DNA from: Candidatus Moanibacter sp.
GTDB taxonomy: Bacteria > Verrucomicrobiota > Verrucomicrobiia > Opitutales > UBA2987
Reading direction: 5' to 3'
Length of the DNA: 64,000 nt
NCBI GenBank assembly: GCA_965215885.1
Contig: CBDCEW010000091.1
Location: 43,775 to 107,774 of the forward strand
The position numbers and the translations under genes are program-made. Each line of letters opens with the position of its first letter. Within the stretch, counting starts at the first letter, position 1. This document shows positions 11,270-20,439 of this stretch, one piece after another. The notes under the pieces are model-generated. The model made no database searches and had not been told where the DNA came from. It worked only from the letters and a program-made list of their open reading frames with translations.

Positions 11270-12255
11270 TGTTGGTAGATATAGTAAACGAGGGTGGTGG
11301 TGGTGCCCGGACCGCCGCCGGTCATGAGACGGACCGCTTCGAACCCGCCCTGTAAACCGCCGATGACTCCGGTAACAACGAGAAAGAACGTCACCGGGGC
11401 GAGTTGCGGGATCGTGATGTAGCGGAGTTTCTGGAGCCAGTTGGCGCCGTCGATATCCGCCGCTTCGTAGAGTTCCGGCGGGATATTAGCGATACCGGCG
11501 AGGTAGAGCAGCATGTGTGTGCCACCGATGCCGGCCCACAGGCCCATGATCATGATCGCCTCTCGGGCGCCGAGGCCGAAGCCGCCGTTATTGAAATAGT
11601 CGGGCAGCGGGAGGAAACCGAGGAGCGATTTCGTGCTGCGCAGCCAGGTGGGCATGTCCACGTCGAGACCGAAAAAGCCGGTGATAGATCGAAGGACCAT
11701 GTTGATAAATCCAAAATCCGGGTTGTAGAGCTGCGCCCAGAGCAGAATCGTGGCGGCGCCGGCGGTGAAATGAGGAAGGTAGAAGACCGTGCGGTAACTG
11801 ACCGAACCGAAGCGAAATCCCAGAGCGATGATCAGACCGAGCGCGCAGAGGAAATAACCAACGTCCGCGTAGCCGGCGAGGGCCAATCCGGCGGTGGAGA
11901 ATAATGCGATCGCCAGACAGATGATGGCGGAGCTCCGGTTCCGGGAGGGATCCCGAAATTCGAACTTCTCGCTCAAGTAGACCGCGGCAAGAAGGGAACC
12001 GAAGATCGACAGGGGCAAGGCGGAAAGTAGATAAATCGTGTTAAAGAAATAAAAGAGGACATAGCGATCTTGAAAGAGTCGCTTGTAATTCTCCAGACCG
12101 ACAAACTCCAGCGGCACGGAAACCTGCAGGCTCCATGTGGAAAAGCTGCCGAGAAAACTCATGATGACCGGCACTGACGTAAAGGCCAGAAACCCAAGGA
12201 AATTCGGGGCCAGGAACCCGATGGCGATAAGCGTTTCTTTGCTGCGAGTGGTCAT
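11149..12255 (-). CDS. Carbohydrate ABC transporter permease (MalF-like)
   Basis: FLAPN, GLENY, YEAADIDGA, TGGGP motifs. Confidence 0.9.
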   Translation of the reverse strand: MTTRSKETLIAIGFLAPNFLGFLAFTSVPVIMSFLGSFSTWSLQVSVPLEFVGLENYKRLFQDRYVLFYFFNTIYLLSALPLSIFGSLLAAVYLSEKFEFRDPSRNRSSAIICLAIALFSTAGLALAGYADVGYFLCALGLIIALGFRFGSVSYRTVFYLPHFTAGAATILLWAQLYNPDFGFINMVLRSITGFFGLDVDMPTWLRSTKSLLGFLPLPDYFNNGGFGLGAREAIMIMGLWAGIGGTHMLLYLAGIANIPPELYEAADIDGANWLQKLRYITIPQLAPVTFFLVVTGVIGGLQGGFEAVRLMTGGGPGTTTTLVYYIYQQGFERLDLAYGSAIAWVLFVIIFALTLVNWRYGREAHDFV

Positions 12256-13724
12256 GGAGACGACCCCTTTCCGGCAGGGCCAAGGCTTGCGATTTCCTCG
12301 GCCCGGCGGCGCGACTCAACCAGGTCCTGGTAACGCTTTCGCAACCCCGGGTTACGCGACAGGTTCAATGCGATCAGCGCTTCGGCTTCTTGCTTCGCCT
12401 GACGTAGCGCTTCGCGCGTGTCGAGCGCGGGGTTGGCATTCAACCGCTCAAGATGCCTGGTGATGACCCGATTCAGGTCGATAACGGAGAGAAACGGGCT
12501 CTTGCGCGGGCTGTAGCCGTAGGCGAGCGACTCCACGTTGGCCCGGTGTACTTTGATTTCGGACAATTCGGGATAACCTGGGGATAGGCCGGCGTCGACG
12601 AATTCCGGGATGGGTGGCAGGTAGTCGAGGGTCTGGTTTACGATCCGGCAGTATTCCTCGCTCCTGAGAAACGAAAGGAACCGCAGGACGGCTTCGCGTT
12701 TCGTGCTTTGCCGGTTCACCGCCACGGAACGGGCGCCCACCCCGATTGCCGGGGGCAAACCCTCAAAGTGCGGCATGAGAGTCGCTCCCACTCGGATGAC
12801 CTCGGGGCGCGGCTTGTTCCCGCGGTCAGGGTCCGCTTGCCATTTCTCGAGCTGGTCCCGCTGATGGTCGACTGCCTGGCGGAGGTAGGCGAGGAGCGAT
12901 TTCGGGCGCACGATCATGGCGAACCTCCCCTGGGCGAAGAGTTCCTGGGAGACATCACCCCCGCTTCGGCCCGTCAATTCGGCAAATTCGTCTGCATTCA
13001 ACCGCACGCCGTGCACGTCGGCGAGGTCGCGGTAGAGCTGGACGGCCCGTACCATGGCATCGCTGTCCACCAGGACTTCGGTACCGTCCGGCGAGAAGAA
13101 TTCCCCGCGCAGGGTGTGAAAGATGTCGGTGTGGCCGAGTTTGACGATCCCGTAAATCGAGTCGTAGGGATTTTCGGCCATGTAGGTGACGTTCTTTGCG
13201 ATTTCAATAAACTCGCGCCACGTCAACGGAGCCTCGGGGTAGGGAACATTGAACCGATCGAAGATATTCTTGTTGTAGAACAGAATTCGCCCGTTAACCG
13301 AGAGCGGCACGCCGTACTGTTTACCGTCAAAACTCACCTGTTCGCGCAGCCCGGGTCACGCGGTCGCATCGTCGATTTCAAGGCCGTATTGGTCCAGGTA
13401 GGGGTCGAGTTCAAGAACAATGCCCGTCTCGGAACCGGCTTGAATGTAGGCGTCGTAAAAGGACTCAAACATATCGGGCCCGACACCGCTGCTGCACTGC
13501 AGGATCAGTTTGCGGAAGTCGCCGAAGTTGGCGAAATCCGCAATGATTTTGAGGTCGGGGTTGGCCTGGTTGAAAGCCGCGATTTGGTCCGCCCGGGCGG
13601 GCGTGCTGTTAGTGGCGTAGACGATGGCGTTTTCGCCGGCGCTTGGGCTCGGAGGTACCAGCAGTTTAGCGATGATGGTCCAGACCGCGAGACCGACAGC
13701 AATCGCAGCAAGAACGGTTTTCAT
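12252..13724 (-). pseudogene. ABC sugar-binding protein with one in-frame TGA at 13356-13358
   Basis: ORFs 13356..13724 and 12252..13337 are in the same frame (DATA*PGLREQVSFDGKQYGVP). LFYNK motif present. Confidence 0.8.
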
Positions 13725-15280
13725 AAGTCGTTTCGTGGGCTGAAGGATGCGCGGAACAGGTCATCATCGAGCCATTCCACCACGCGATTGGGATCGCGAG
13801 GTATGCCGGCGGCATCTTCAGCAGGAAGAAACCGCCGCAAACGGTTAATAACCCGCCGATGCTCCCCTTTGGAGGCGACATTCCGCCACTCGTGCGGATC
13901 GTCGCTGTGGTCGTACAGTTCCTCGCTTCCGTCCGCGTACCGGATATACCGCCAACGAGGTGATCTCAACGAATGGTTGCCGCGACCGTAGGTTGTAAGA
14001 ACGGGGGACCGGCGTCCCTTTCTTGGTTTTCTGGTCATTGGGGATATGTCCTCGCCTTCAAGCCGGTGGGAAGTCGGATGCGGAAGACCGCACAAACGAG
14101 TCAATGTTGGATAGATATCGATGAGACTGACAGGCGTCGAACAGTCGGATGGTTCTCTCTGTGTCTGTCCCGGCACGGACACGAGGAGCGGCACACGCGC
14201 ACTTCGCTCCCAGAGCGTAAATTTGTTCCAATGCTCTTTTTCTCCGAGATGATAACCGTGATCACTGCACGAAACGATAATGGTGTTGGAATTATGCGGC
14301 GAGGCTTCCAGGGCGTCGAGAACGCGCCCGATTTGCTCGTCTGCGTACGAAATCGATGCGCAGTAGGCTTGGATTGCGTGCAGCCAGAGGCCTTTTTCGA
14401 CGAGTGTGCGATGTGTGTCGGGCGTAACATTGCGGCTCGCCAGCCACCGGGCCGGAGGCGGCAGATCGTCAAGATCACCGTCGGTGTAGCCGGATGGTGT
14501 CCTGAGTTCGCTTACCGGATATAGATCGAAGTAACGCTTGGGTACGAACCATCTGGAATGCGGCCGAAAAATGCCGAGCGCGGCGAAAAAAGGAGTATCC
14601 TGAACCGTTTCGATCACTTCAGCCGTCCGTATGGCGTAGCGGGTGTCCTGCTGCATCCTGTCTGGGTCTTCCCGATCCCAGCTATCGGGTAGCGCGCCCC
14701 AGGAATAAGGCCAGACCGGATCAATGCTCGTGACGGATTCCGCTTCCGCGTAAAGTCCCCTCTCGCTTCCCTGTCCGGCGTAGTAACCGTCGCTCCAGGA
14801 ATGGGCGTCCCGGTCCTGGTACCTCCCGTGAAAGATCTTGCCGTAACCGGCCGCGAGGTAGCCGTTGGCCTTGAAATGCTGCGGAAGGTTGACGACCTCG
14901 CCTAACCAACCGCCCGCGTCGCGGTAGGATTGGTTGTTGAAATATACGCCCGAAGTTGACGGCCGTATGCCGGTCAGAAAACTCGTGCGGGACGGGCCAC
15001 AGGCTGGGGCCGAACAATAGGCGCGTGTAAACACGGTGCTGCGCTTGGCCAGTCGTTCGAGATTCGGAGTGTAGACACGGGTATCGCTGAGCAGCGGGGT
15101 CCAGTCGTTCATGTCGTCGAATACGATCATGAGGACGTTTGGCCTGTTTGCAGAGCCGGTTTTTGGGTTAAGTTTTGACAATCCGAAATGAGGAACCGTG
15201 ACCACAGCGCCGGCGGTCAATGTAGCGCGTTTGAGAAACGATCGCCGACTTTCCGATTGCGCCGTGTCCTTAAAATCCAT
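13721..15280 (-). CDS. Tat-exported sulfatase (iduronate-2-sulfatase/choline-sulfatase-like)
   Basis: SRRSFLK Tat motif, PNVL..DD, CGPSR, GKIFH, SDHGYHLGEK. Confidence 0.9.
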   Translation of the reverse strand: MDFKDTAQSESRRSFLKRATLTAGAVVTVPHFGLSKLNPKTGSANRPNVLMIVFDDMNDWTPLLSDTRVYTPNLERLAKRSTVFTRAYCSAPACGPSRTSFLTGIRPSTSGVYFNNQSYRDAGGWLGEVVNLPQHFKANGYLAAGYGKIFHGRYQDRDAHSWSDGYYAGQGSERGLYAEAESVTSIDPVWPYSWGALPDSWDREDPDRMQQDTRYAIRTAEVIETVQDTPFFAALGIFRPHSRWFVPKRYFDLYPVSELRTPSGYTDGDLDDLPPPARWLASRNVTPDTHRTLVEKGLWLHAIQAYCASISYADEQIGRVLDALEASPHNSNTIIVSCSDHGYHLGEKEHWNKFTLWERSARVPLLVSVPGQTQREPSDCSTPVSLIDIYPTLTRLCGLPHPTSHRLEGEDISPMTRKPRKGRRSPVLTTYGRGNHSLRSPRWRYIRYADGSEELYDHSDDPHEWRNVASKGEHRRVINRLRRFLPAEDAAGIPRDPNRVVEWLDDDLFRASFSPRNDL

Positions 15281-15417
15281 CGGAAGTGAGTGTGTACTAC
15301 GGGAAGATTGAATCAATAGTCGACGCGAGGTCAAAAATTGAAACCACGATCTGGCATGGGAGCTGGTCGAAAATTCTTAACGCCCTTCGTTCCTCCCGAC
15401 TGCGGGGTTTATTCAAC

Positions 15418-16350
15418 TTACTCATCCAATCCGCTGACTTTGCTTCGCGCGTCAACGTCGGGATAAAATCCGAAGATGCGCAATTTGTCTGACAGCAGCC
15501 TGTCCAGGGCTGGAAGGTCGTGTGGATACACGGAGATCAGGCGCTTGCCTTCTTGTTGGTAGAGAGTCTGTTTCTTATACATGCTCATCTTGTACTGATG
15601 TGTGTCGAGTCCCCAGTACTCAACGTAGACATCGAGCTCGGGCAGATAAAAGTCGGGCCTGATCTGGAACTCGGCAATGATGCGGAACTTGCCGTCGTAG
15701 CGATACCCAAGGCCGTGCGCCGTAAGCCAAGTCGCGATGCGCCTTTCTCCTTCGGACTGCACTACCGTTCCGTCCCGTGCCTCAATGGTCTTGTTGATCT
15801 CGACCTGCGCCTCGAAGTTTCGCCGCTCAAGGAATACCTCGTCGAAGCACCGGTCGCAGAATACGCGCTGGAATGCCTGTTGCGAGCGCCCAAATTCGTC
15901 AGTCGTAACTTGCGCGTTGCATCGCTGACAGCGTTTCTCGGCGGCGGAAACACTGATTCGCACGGCTTCCTCGATAAATTCCACTGCCCCGGCTGCATCG
16001 CGCTGGATGTAGTGCTTTTCAGTAGGGTTCATTGCCATATCACGTAGATCGGACAGGCATTCTTGCGCCGCCGCGCCGTAAGCTTTCAACGCCTTAATTG
16101 CGTATTGGCGGGTCTGTGGATGCGGATCCCGACAAGCAACCGATGCAAGCGCTTCTACGGCGGTCGCCTGATCCACTCCCATCCAGGCCAATTTGCCCAG
16201 CGCCGAAGCCGATAGCCTACGCACGTTAGCGGACGAGGACCGCAGCAGCTCAAGCAACTCTTGGAATGCTTCGACCTCACCTTCGCGACCGATCGCTGCG
16301 GCGCGGGCCGAAAGCCGCTTGGCAAATTGCTTGTCCATGGGATTCTTCAT
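15418..16350 (-). CDS. HEAT-repeat / C4 zinc-finger / PD-(D/E)XK-like nuclease fusion
   Basis: VRRLSASALGKL and TRQYAIKAL HEAT-like repeats, CQRC...CDRC, and SEGERRIA...PDFYLP...VEYWG. Confidence 0.7.
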   Translation of the reverse strand: MKNPMDKQFAKRLSARAAAIGREGEVEAFQELLELLRSSSANVRRLSASALGKLAWMGVDQATAVEALASVACRDPHPQTRQYAIKALKAYGAAAQECLSDLRDMAMNPTEKHYIQRDAAGAVEFIEEAVRISVSAAEKRCQRCNAQVTTDEFGRSQQAFQRVFCDRCFDEVFLERRNFEAQVEINKTIEARDGTVVQSEGERRIATWLTAHGLGYRYDGKFRIIAEFQIRPDFYLPELDVYVEYWGLDTHQYKMSMYKKQTLYQQEGKRLISVYPHDLPALDRLLSDKLRIFGFYPDVDARSKVSGLDE

Positions 16351-16393
16351 TTGTTCGCCGACATCGGCGTCGACGCGCGTAAGCAAAGTCAGC
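15433..16393. repeat. 29-bp imperfect inverted repeats around the HEAT-nuclease gene
   Basis: 15433-15460 GCTGACTTTGCTT-CGCGCGTCAACGTCG versus the reverse complement of 16365-16393 GCTGACTTTGCTTACGCGCGTCGACGCCG (26/29). Confidence 0.85.
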
Positions 16394-16545
16394 CGCTGCC
16401 GTCCAAGATCTCAATCGGCTTCTTAGTCACATGGTTAGTCAATGATCCGCGTTTTCATAGAATGCTGTCGTTTGATGAAATGGAAGCAGAAAGTCTGAAC
16501 CATCTATGAAGAGTTCGAGAATTCCGGTAGTGGTCCGACAGAATT

Positions 16546-18159
16546 CTAAGCGGTGTATATAGTTAAACCATCCAGCGTTTTTCGGTCACCGCGAAAAGCC
16601 AGGCTGGCGACATACCCAATCAGATAGCAGGAAGCCATTCCCGTGAAAATATAAACAAAGAAGTGCAGAGGGCTATGCATTTTCACAAAGTACTGTATCA
16701 CACCGCTTGCGAAGAACCCGACGAGTACGCCGGCGCCGTTGGCGCGGGTCGTAAGCACGCCGAGCAGGAATACCCCGCCCAGGCCGCCGCCGAAAAGGCC
16801 GAAAAATTCCATCGTTTTGTCGAACAGGGATCGAATCTCGAAGGTTGCGAGGAAGAGCGCGACCCCGGTTCCGAAGAAACCTAGCACCGCGGTCAGTAAA
16901 CGTCCGGACAAAAGATAAAAGCGTTCGCTCGCGGGCGGGCGCAAGCGGCGCTGCAAATCTGTGACGATGACCGCCGATGAGCTGTTAATGGCGCTGTCGA
17001 GGCTGGACATGGCGGCCGAAAAAATAGCCGCGATGAGAAGTCCGGCTATTCCTGCCGGCATCTCGTTGACGATGAATGTGGGAAAGATTTCGTCGGGCGT
17101 GCCCATGGACGCGTCGGCGCGCTCCGGAAAAGCGCGGTAGTAGCCGTAGATGGCGGTGCCCACCGCCAGGAGGAGCCAGCTTGTGAGAACACCGACGAAC
17201 CCGGCAAGCCAGACGCTGCGGGCAGCCTGTTTTTCGTCCCGCGTCGAGATATACCGCTGAACCAGCGTCTGGTTGGCGATGTAGTTTTTAAACCCGCCGA
17301 CCCAATGGAGCATGAAGACCCAGACGGTTGCGGTCGTAAGATCGAGGTTCCAGTCGAACGCCTTGAGTTTTCCGGCTTCCGACGCGGCGGTGATAATCTC
17401 CGGCGCGCCACCGGGTACTCGGGAAGCGACAAGAATAATCGCAAGCAATGCGCCACCCATCATCACCAGAACCTGCACGAAATCGGTCCAAATCACCGCT
17501 TCCACGCCCCCCAAGAGGGTGTATATTGTCGCGATCACCCCCATGATCGCGATGCAGACAAAAATATTCATGTCCGCGACGACGGCCAGAGCGATCGCGG
17601 GAAGCAGGAAGAGGATGCCCATGCGGGCGATTTCGTATACCAGAAACGCGGTGCTGCCGACGATCCTGACGCTCAGATCAAAACGCGCTTCCAGGTACTC
17701 GTAAACGGTGGTGATATTCAGGCGGCAGTAGAACGGGATGACGAGCTTCGCGACGAACCAGGCGGCCGCCAGATTTCCGACCGGGAGCAGGAAATACAGC
17801 CAGTTGGTGTCGAAGGATTTAGCGGGCAGCGACATGTAGGAGACCGCACTCAGTTTCGTCGCCACGATGCTCAGACCGGCTGCGTACCAGACCACCCTTT
17901 TGCCTCCGCGGAAATAGTCATCGGTCGACTTTTCCCACTTGGAAAAATAAAAACCGACGAGGAGCAGAAAACCGAAGTAAGCGGCCAGCGCGAAATAATC
18001 CATCGATCCGAGACCACTCGATTTAACATCAGCGACTTCCCCTACAGTCGCGATAGGGGTTACCGCGAGCGCGGGGTCGACGGCTCCGAACGCGCTCGGC
18101 ACGACCGTGAGACAGAGCAGAAGCCGGAGAACGAGAGAACGTCGAAGCGAAAGCAGCAC
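16546..18159 (-). CDS. Sodium:solute symporter (SSS)
   Basis: DDYFRGG, YEYLEARF, AVIWTD, QRY, AAMSSLDS. Start probably GTG near 18159. Confidence 0.9.
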   Translation of the reverse strand: MLLSLRRSLVLRLLLCLTVVPSAFGAVDPALAVTPIATVGEVADVKSSGLGSMDYFALAAYFGFLLLVGFYFSKWEKSTDDYFRGGKRVVWYAAGLSIVATKLSAVSYMSLPAKSFDTNWLYFLLPVGNLAAAWFVAKLVIPFYCRLNITTVYEYLEARFDLSVRIVGSTAFLVYEIARMGILFLLPAIALAVVADMNIFVCIAIMGVIATIYTLLGGVEAVIWTDFVQVLVMMGGALLAIILVASRVPGGAPEIITAASEAGKLKAFDWNLDLTTATVWVFMLHWVGGFKNYIANQTLVQRYISTRDEKQAARSVWLAGFVGVLTSWLLLAVGTAIYGYYRAFPERADASMGTPDEIFPTFIVNEMPAGIAGLLIAAIFSAAMSSLDSAINSSSAVIVTDLQRRLRPPASERFYLLSGRLLTAVLGFFGTGVALFLATFEIRSLFDKTMEFFGLFGGGLGGVFLLGVLTTRANGAGVLVGFFASGVIQYFVKMHSPLHFFVYIFTGMASCYLIGYVASLAFRGDRKTLDGLTIYTA

Positions 18160-18160
18160 G

Positions 18161-20161
18161 TCAACTATGGGCGGAAACGCTATACAGAATTGCGCAAGCA
18201 CGGCCCCTCGTGCAAGGCTGGGTGCCGTCGCCGGCCCGATCGAACGCGGTTTCACAGGCCTCGCCGAATTCCCCGTAGGGAGCGAACGCCGTCCTCGCGA
18301 TGGTCCGAAACTGATCCAAAGTAAGCGTTTCTACGGGATCATCCGACTTGCTGCGCCGGTAAACCTGCGCGTTTTCCGGTTGCTGCCCGCCGCCGGCTAT
18401 GAGCGCCGCGGTCGTTTTCGCCCATTGGCTGGCAGTGTCCGCGTTTAAGGGCGCTTCCGGTCGAGCGTTGTAGCCGTGAAAGAATCCTTTCGTTCCGAAA
18501 TACTGCACCGCCGAAACCCAATCCTCGCGACAAGCCATATCAAAGTCGTTAAAGAAAGAGATCATGATTCCATTCTCGACAAGCTTGCGTTGAAGTTCGT
18601 CGCACTTCAGTTCAGCGGGCGGGCATTTCCTGGCCGAGGCCAGGGCGGCGGCGTAACCGGCGGACTCGCCCACGTGCATCATGACCGGCTCTACACGCAG
18701 TGTTCCCCAACCGACATGGCTCGAAGAGAGGCAGCCGGTGACTATCAGATTATCGATCTCCTTCGGAAGCAGTGTCCTGAATGGGATCTGTGACGGACGG
18801 GTAAGCTCAGAAAGTAGAATCTTCCCGTCGCGGCGACTCCCCGGTCGCGCTTCAAAGCTGACGGAATGCGAATCCATCGGGTGTTCGGCAATGGCGATGC
18901 TGTCGTGGTGGATGGGCGCGCGTTTCAAGCCTGGCGCGAGGGTGGCGTCGTGCTCCGTGAATACGTATCTGCCGACAATGCGGCGCGCTTCGCGCACATA
19001 CAATTCATAGGGGACGTTCTCGTTATCGGCGAACTCGTCTTTCGCCAGACCCCACTGCTGCGCTTCTTCGCGAAGCGCTTCTGGAACCGCTTCGTCGTGC
19101 TGCAGAAAGTAGAGAAATCCCAATGCGTGATCTCGATGCCGCTTCAGGATCGCTTTTCTCGTCTCCCAATCACCGTCGGGATAGTCGTCCGCGCCACCTG
19201 GAAGATTGGCGGCATTCCATTTCATTTTTCCGTTGGCCAATCGAGTGCCGAGACCCCACCGGTTTCGCATTTTGAGAAAGACTTCGCGGTCATATTCGTC
19301 GGGCTTTGCCGGGAGGACACGGTTGTCCGGATGAGAACAGAGACATATGCGCAGGTTGTAAGCCTGAACCTTGCTGTCGCCTGTCCCCGTACTGCCGGCG
19401 AAGACTTCACCGGTGCATCCGTCGTAAGGGACCAGGTTCAGCTGACCCTCCACGGCTTCACGTGGATAACCTCCTTGGCCTATGCGTGAGAATTGTAGCG
19501 AAGTGAAAATCTTACCAGCGTGAAACTCGCCATATTCGCCGCGGCTTTCCCGACCCACACGGTACGGTATCCCTGCCGCCGCCGCAACGTCCCCCTCGTA
19601 GGTGGCATCTACGAATAACGGTCCGGAGACATTCAAGTCGGGCCTGCCATCAAAGTAACGGAAGATGACGGCGTCGATTGCCCGGCCACATCGTATAACG
19701 GAAAGGGGGTAGCACCCTCGCTCGATTGAAATGAGGCTTTCCGCCTCGACGATTCGGCGGATTGCTGCTTCTCCGACATGCGGTTCGTAGTGGAGCCGCC
19801 CGTAGTAGCCTTTTGAGGTATCCTCAACAGGGCGGTCTTCTTCTAGAACCGTTGTCGCCTTTTGATCGATCCAGTACTGCGACGGTGCTCGCGTCAGACA
19901 CGATCGGTATTCATCGGAGTCCTCGCCATATTTCTTTCGGTAGTGATTAAGCACCCCTTCACAGAACTCACTCAGGACATTGCATCTCCGCCCGGTGAAC
20001 TGCGTATCCAGGGTACTGAGACCGCTACTGAGGATGCCGCCAATATGGTCGTGATAGTGAGTCAGAAGGACCTGTAATCCTTCACGGGCTGCCCGCACCG
20101 AGCAAGCAATGCCGCCCGGAGTAGCTCCCACCACAATGAGGTCGAACTCTTTCCTTTTCAC
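18161..20161 (-). CDS. FAD-dependent oxidoreductase
   Basis: IVVGATPGG, DATYEGD, VREARRIVG, LRVEP. Confidence 0.9.
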   Translation of the reverse strand: MKRKEFDLIVVGATPGGIACSVRAAREGLQVLLTHYHDHIGGILSSGLSTLDTQFTGRRCNVLSEFCEGVLNHYRKKYGEDSDEYRSCLTRAPSQYWIDQKATTVLEEDRPVEDTSKGYYGRLHYEPHVGEAAIRRIVEAESLISIERGCYPLSVIRCGRAIDAVIFRYFDGRPDLNVSGPLFVDATYEGDVAAAAGIPYRVGRESRGEYGEFHAGKIFTSLQFSRIGQGGYPREAVEGQLNLVPYDGCTGEVFAGSTGTGDSKVQAYNLRICLCSHPDNRVLPAKPDEYDREVFLKMRNRWGLGTRLANGKMKWNAANLPGGADDYPDGDWETRKAILKRHRDHALGFLYFLQHDEAVPEALREEAQQWGLAKDEFADNENVPYELYVREARRIVGRYVFTEHDATLAPGLKRAPIHHDSIAIAEHPMDSHSVSFEARPGSRRDGKILLSELTRPSQIPFRTLLPKEIDNLIVTGCLSSSHVGWGTLRVEPVMMHVGESAGYAAALASARKCPPAELKCDELQRKLVENGIMISFFNDFDMACREDWVSAVQYFGTKGFFHGYNARPEAPLNADTASQWAKTTAALIAGGGQQPENAQVYRRSKSDDPVETLTLDQFRTIARTAFAPYGEFGEACETAFDRAGDGTQPCTRGRACAILYSVSAHS

Positions 20162-20439
20162 GGATTGGTCGTTAATCCGTCATTCACGATTGGTTGAAGG
20201 GAAGGAGAATTCACTGGACCTTATTGAAGGGTGACCGGAGAAGGAAGCTTGAAGAGAAAATCTGCCGATTTTGATCATCCTTTGAGTGGCAGTGTGATTA
20301 TGCCGCCAAGACTTCAAGCGAGGCCGGAGGCCTCGCTGATTAGGAATCTGTCGGTGCAAGCTCGACCGGGAAGTAGCCTCGTCACCTCAGATTCCGAACG
20401 TCAGCAGTGTAACGAAAATCCAACGCCGACAGATTCCTC

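Noticed and set aside
10753..11355. 200-aa ORF with an internal repeat
   Set aside because: Chimera of a transposase fragment and the antisense of the duplicated permease end.
13356..13358. TGA recoding (Trp or Sec) in the solute-binding protein
   Set aside because: It is a single case and many genes here end normally in TGA. A nonsense change or error is simpler.
12708..13991. Long antisense or alternative-frame ORFs (also 5769-7262, 17305-18324, 45629-46801, 56459-57424)
   Set aside because: Shadows of well-supported genes in GC-rich DNA with no recognisable motifs.
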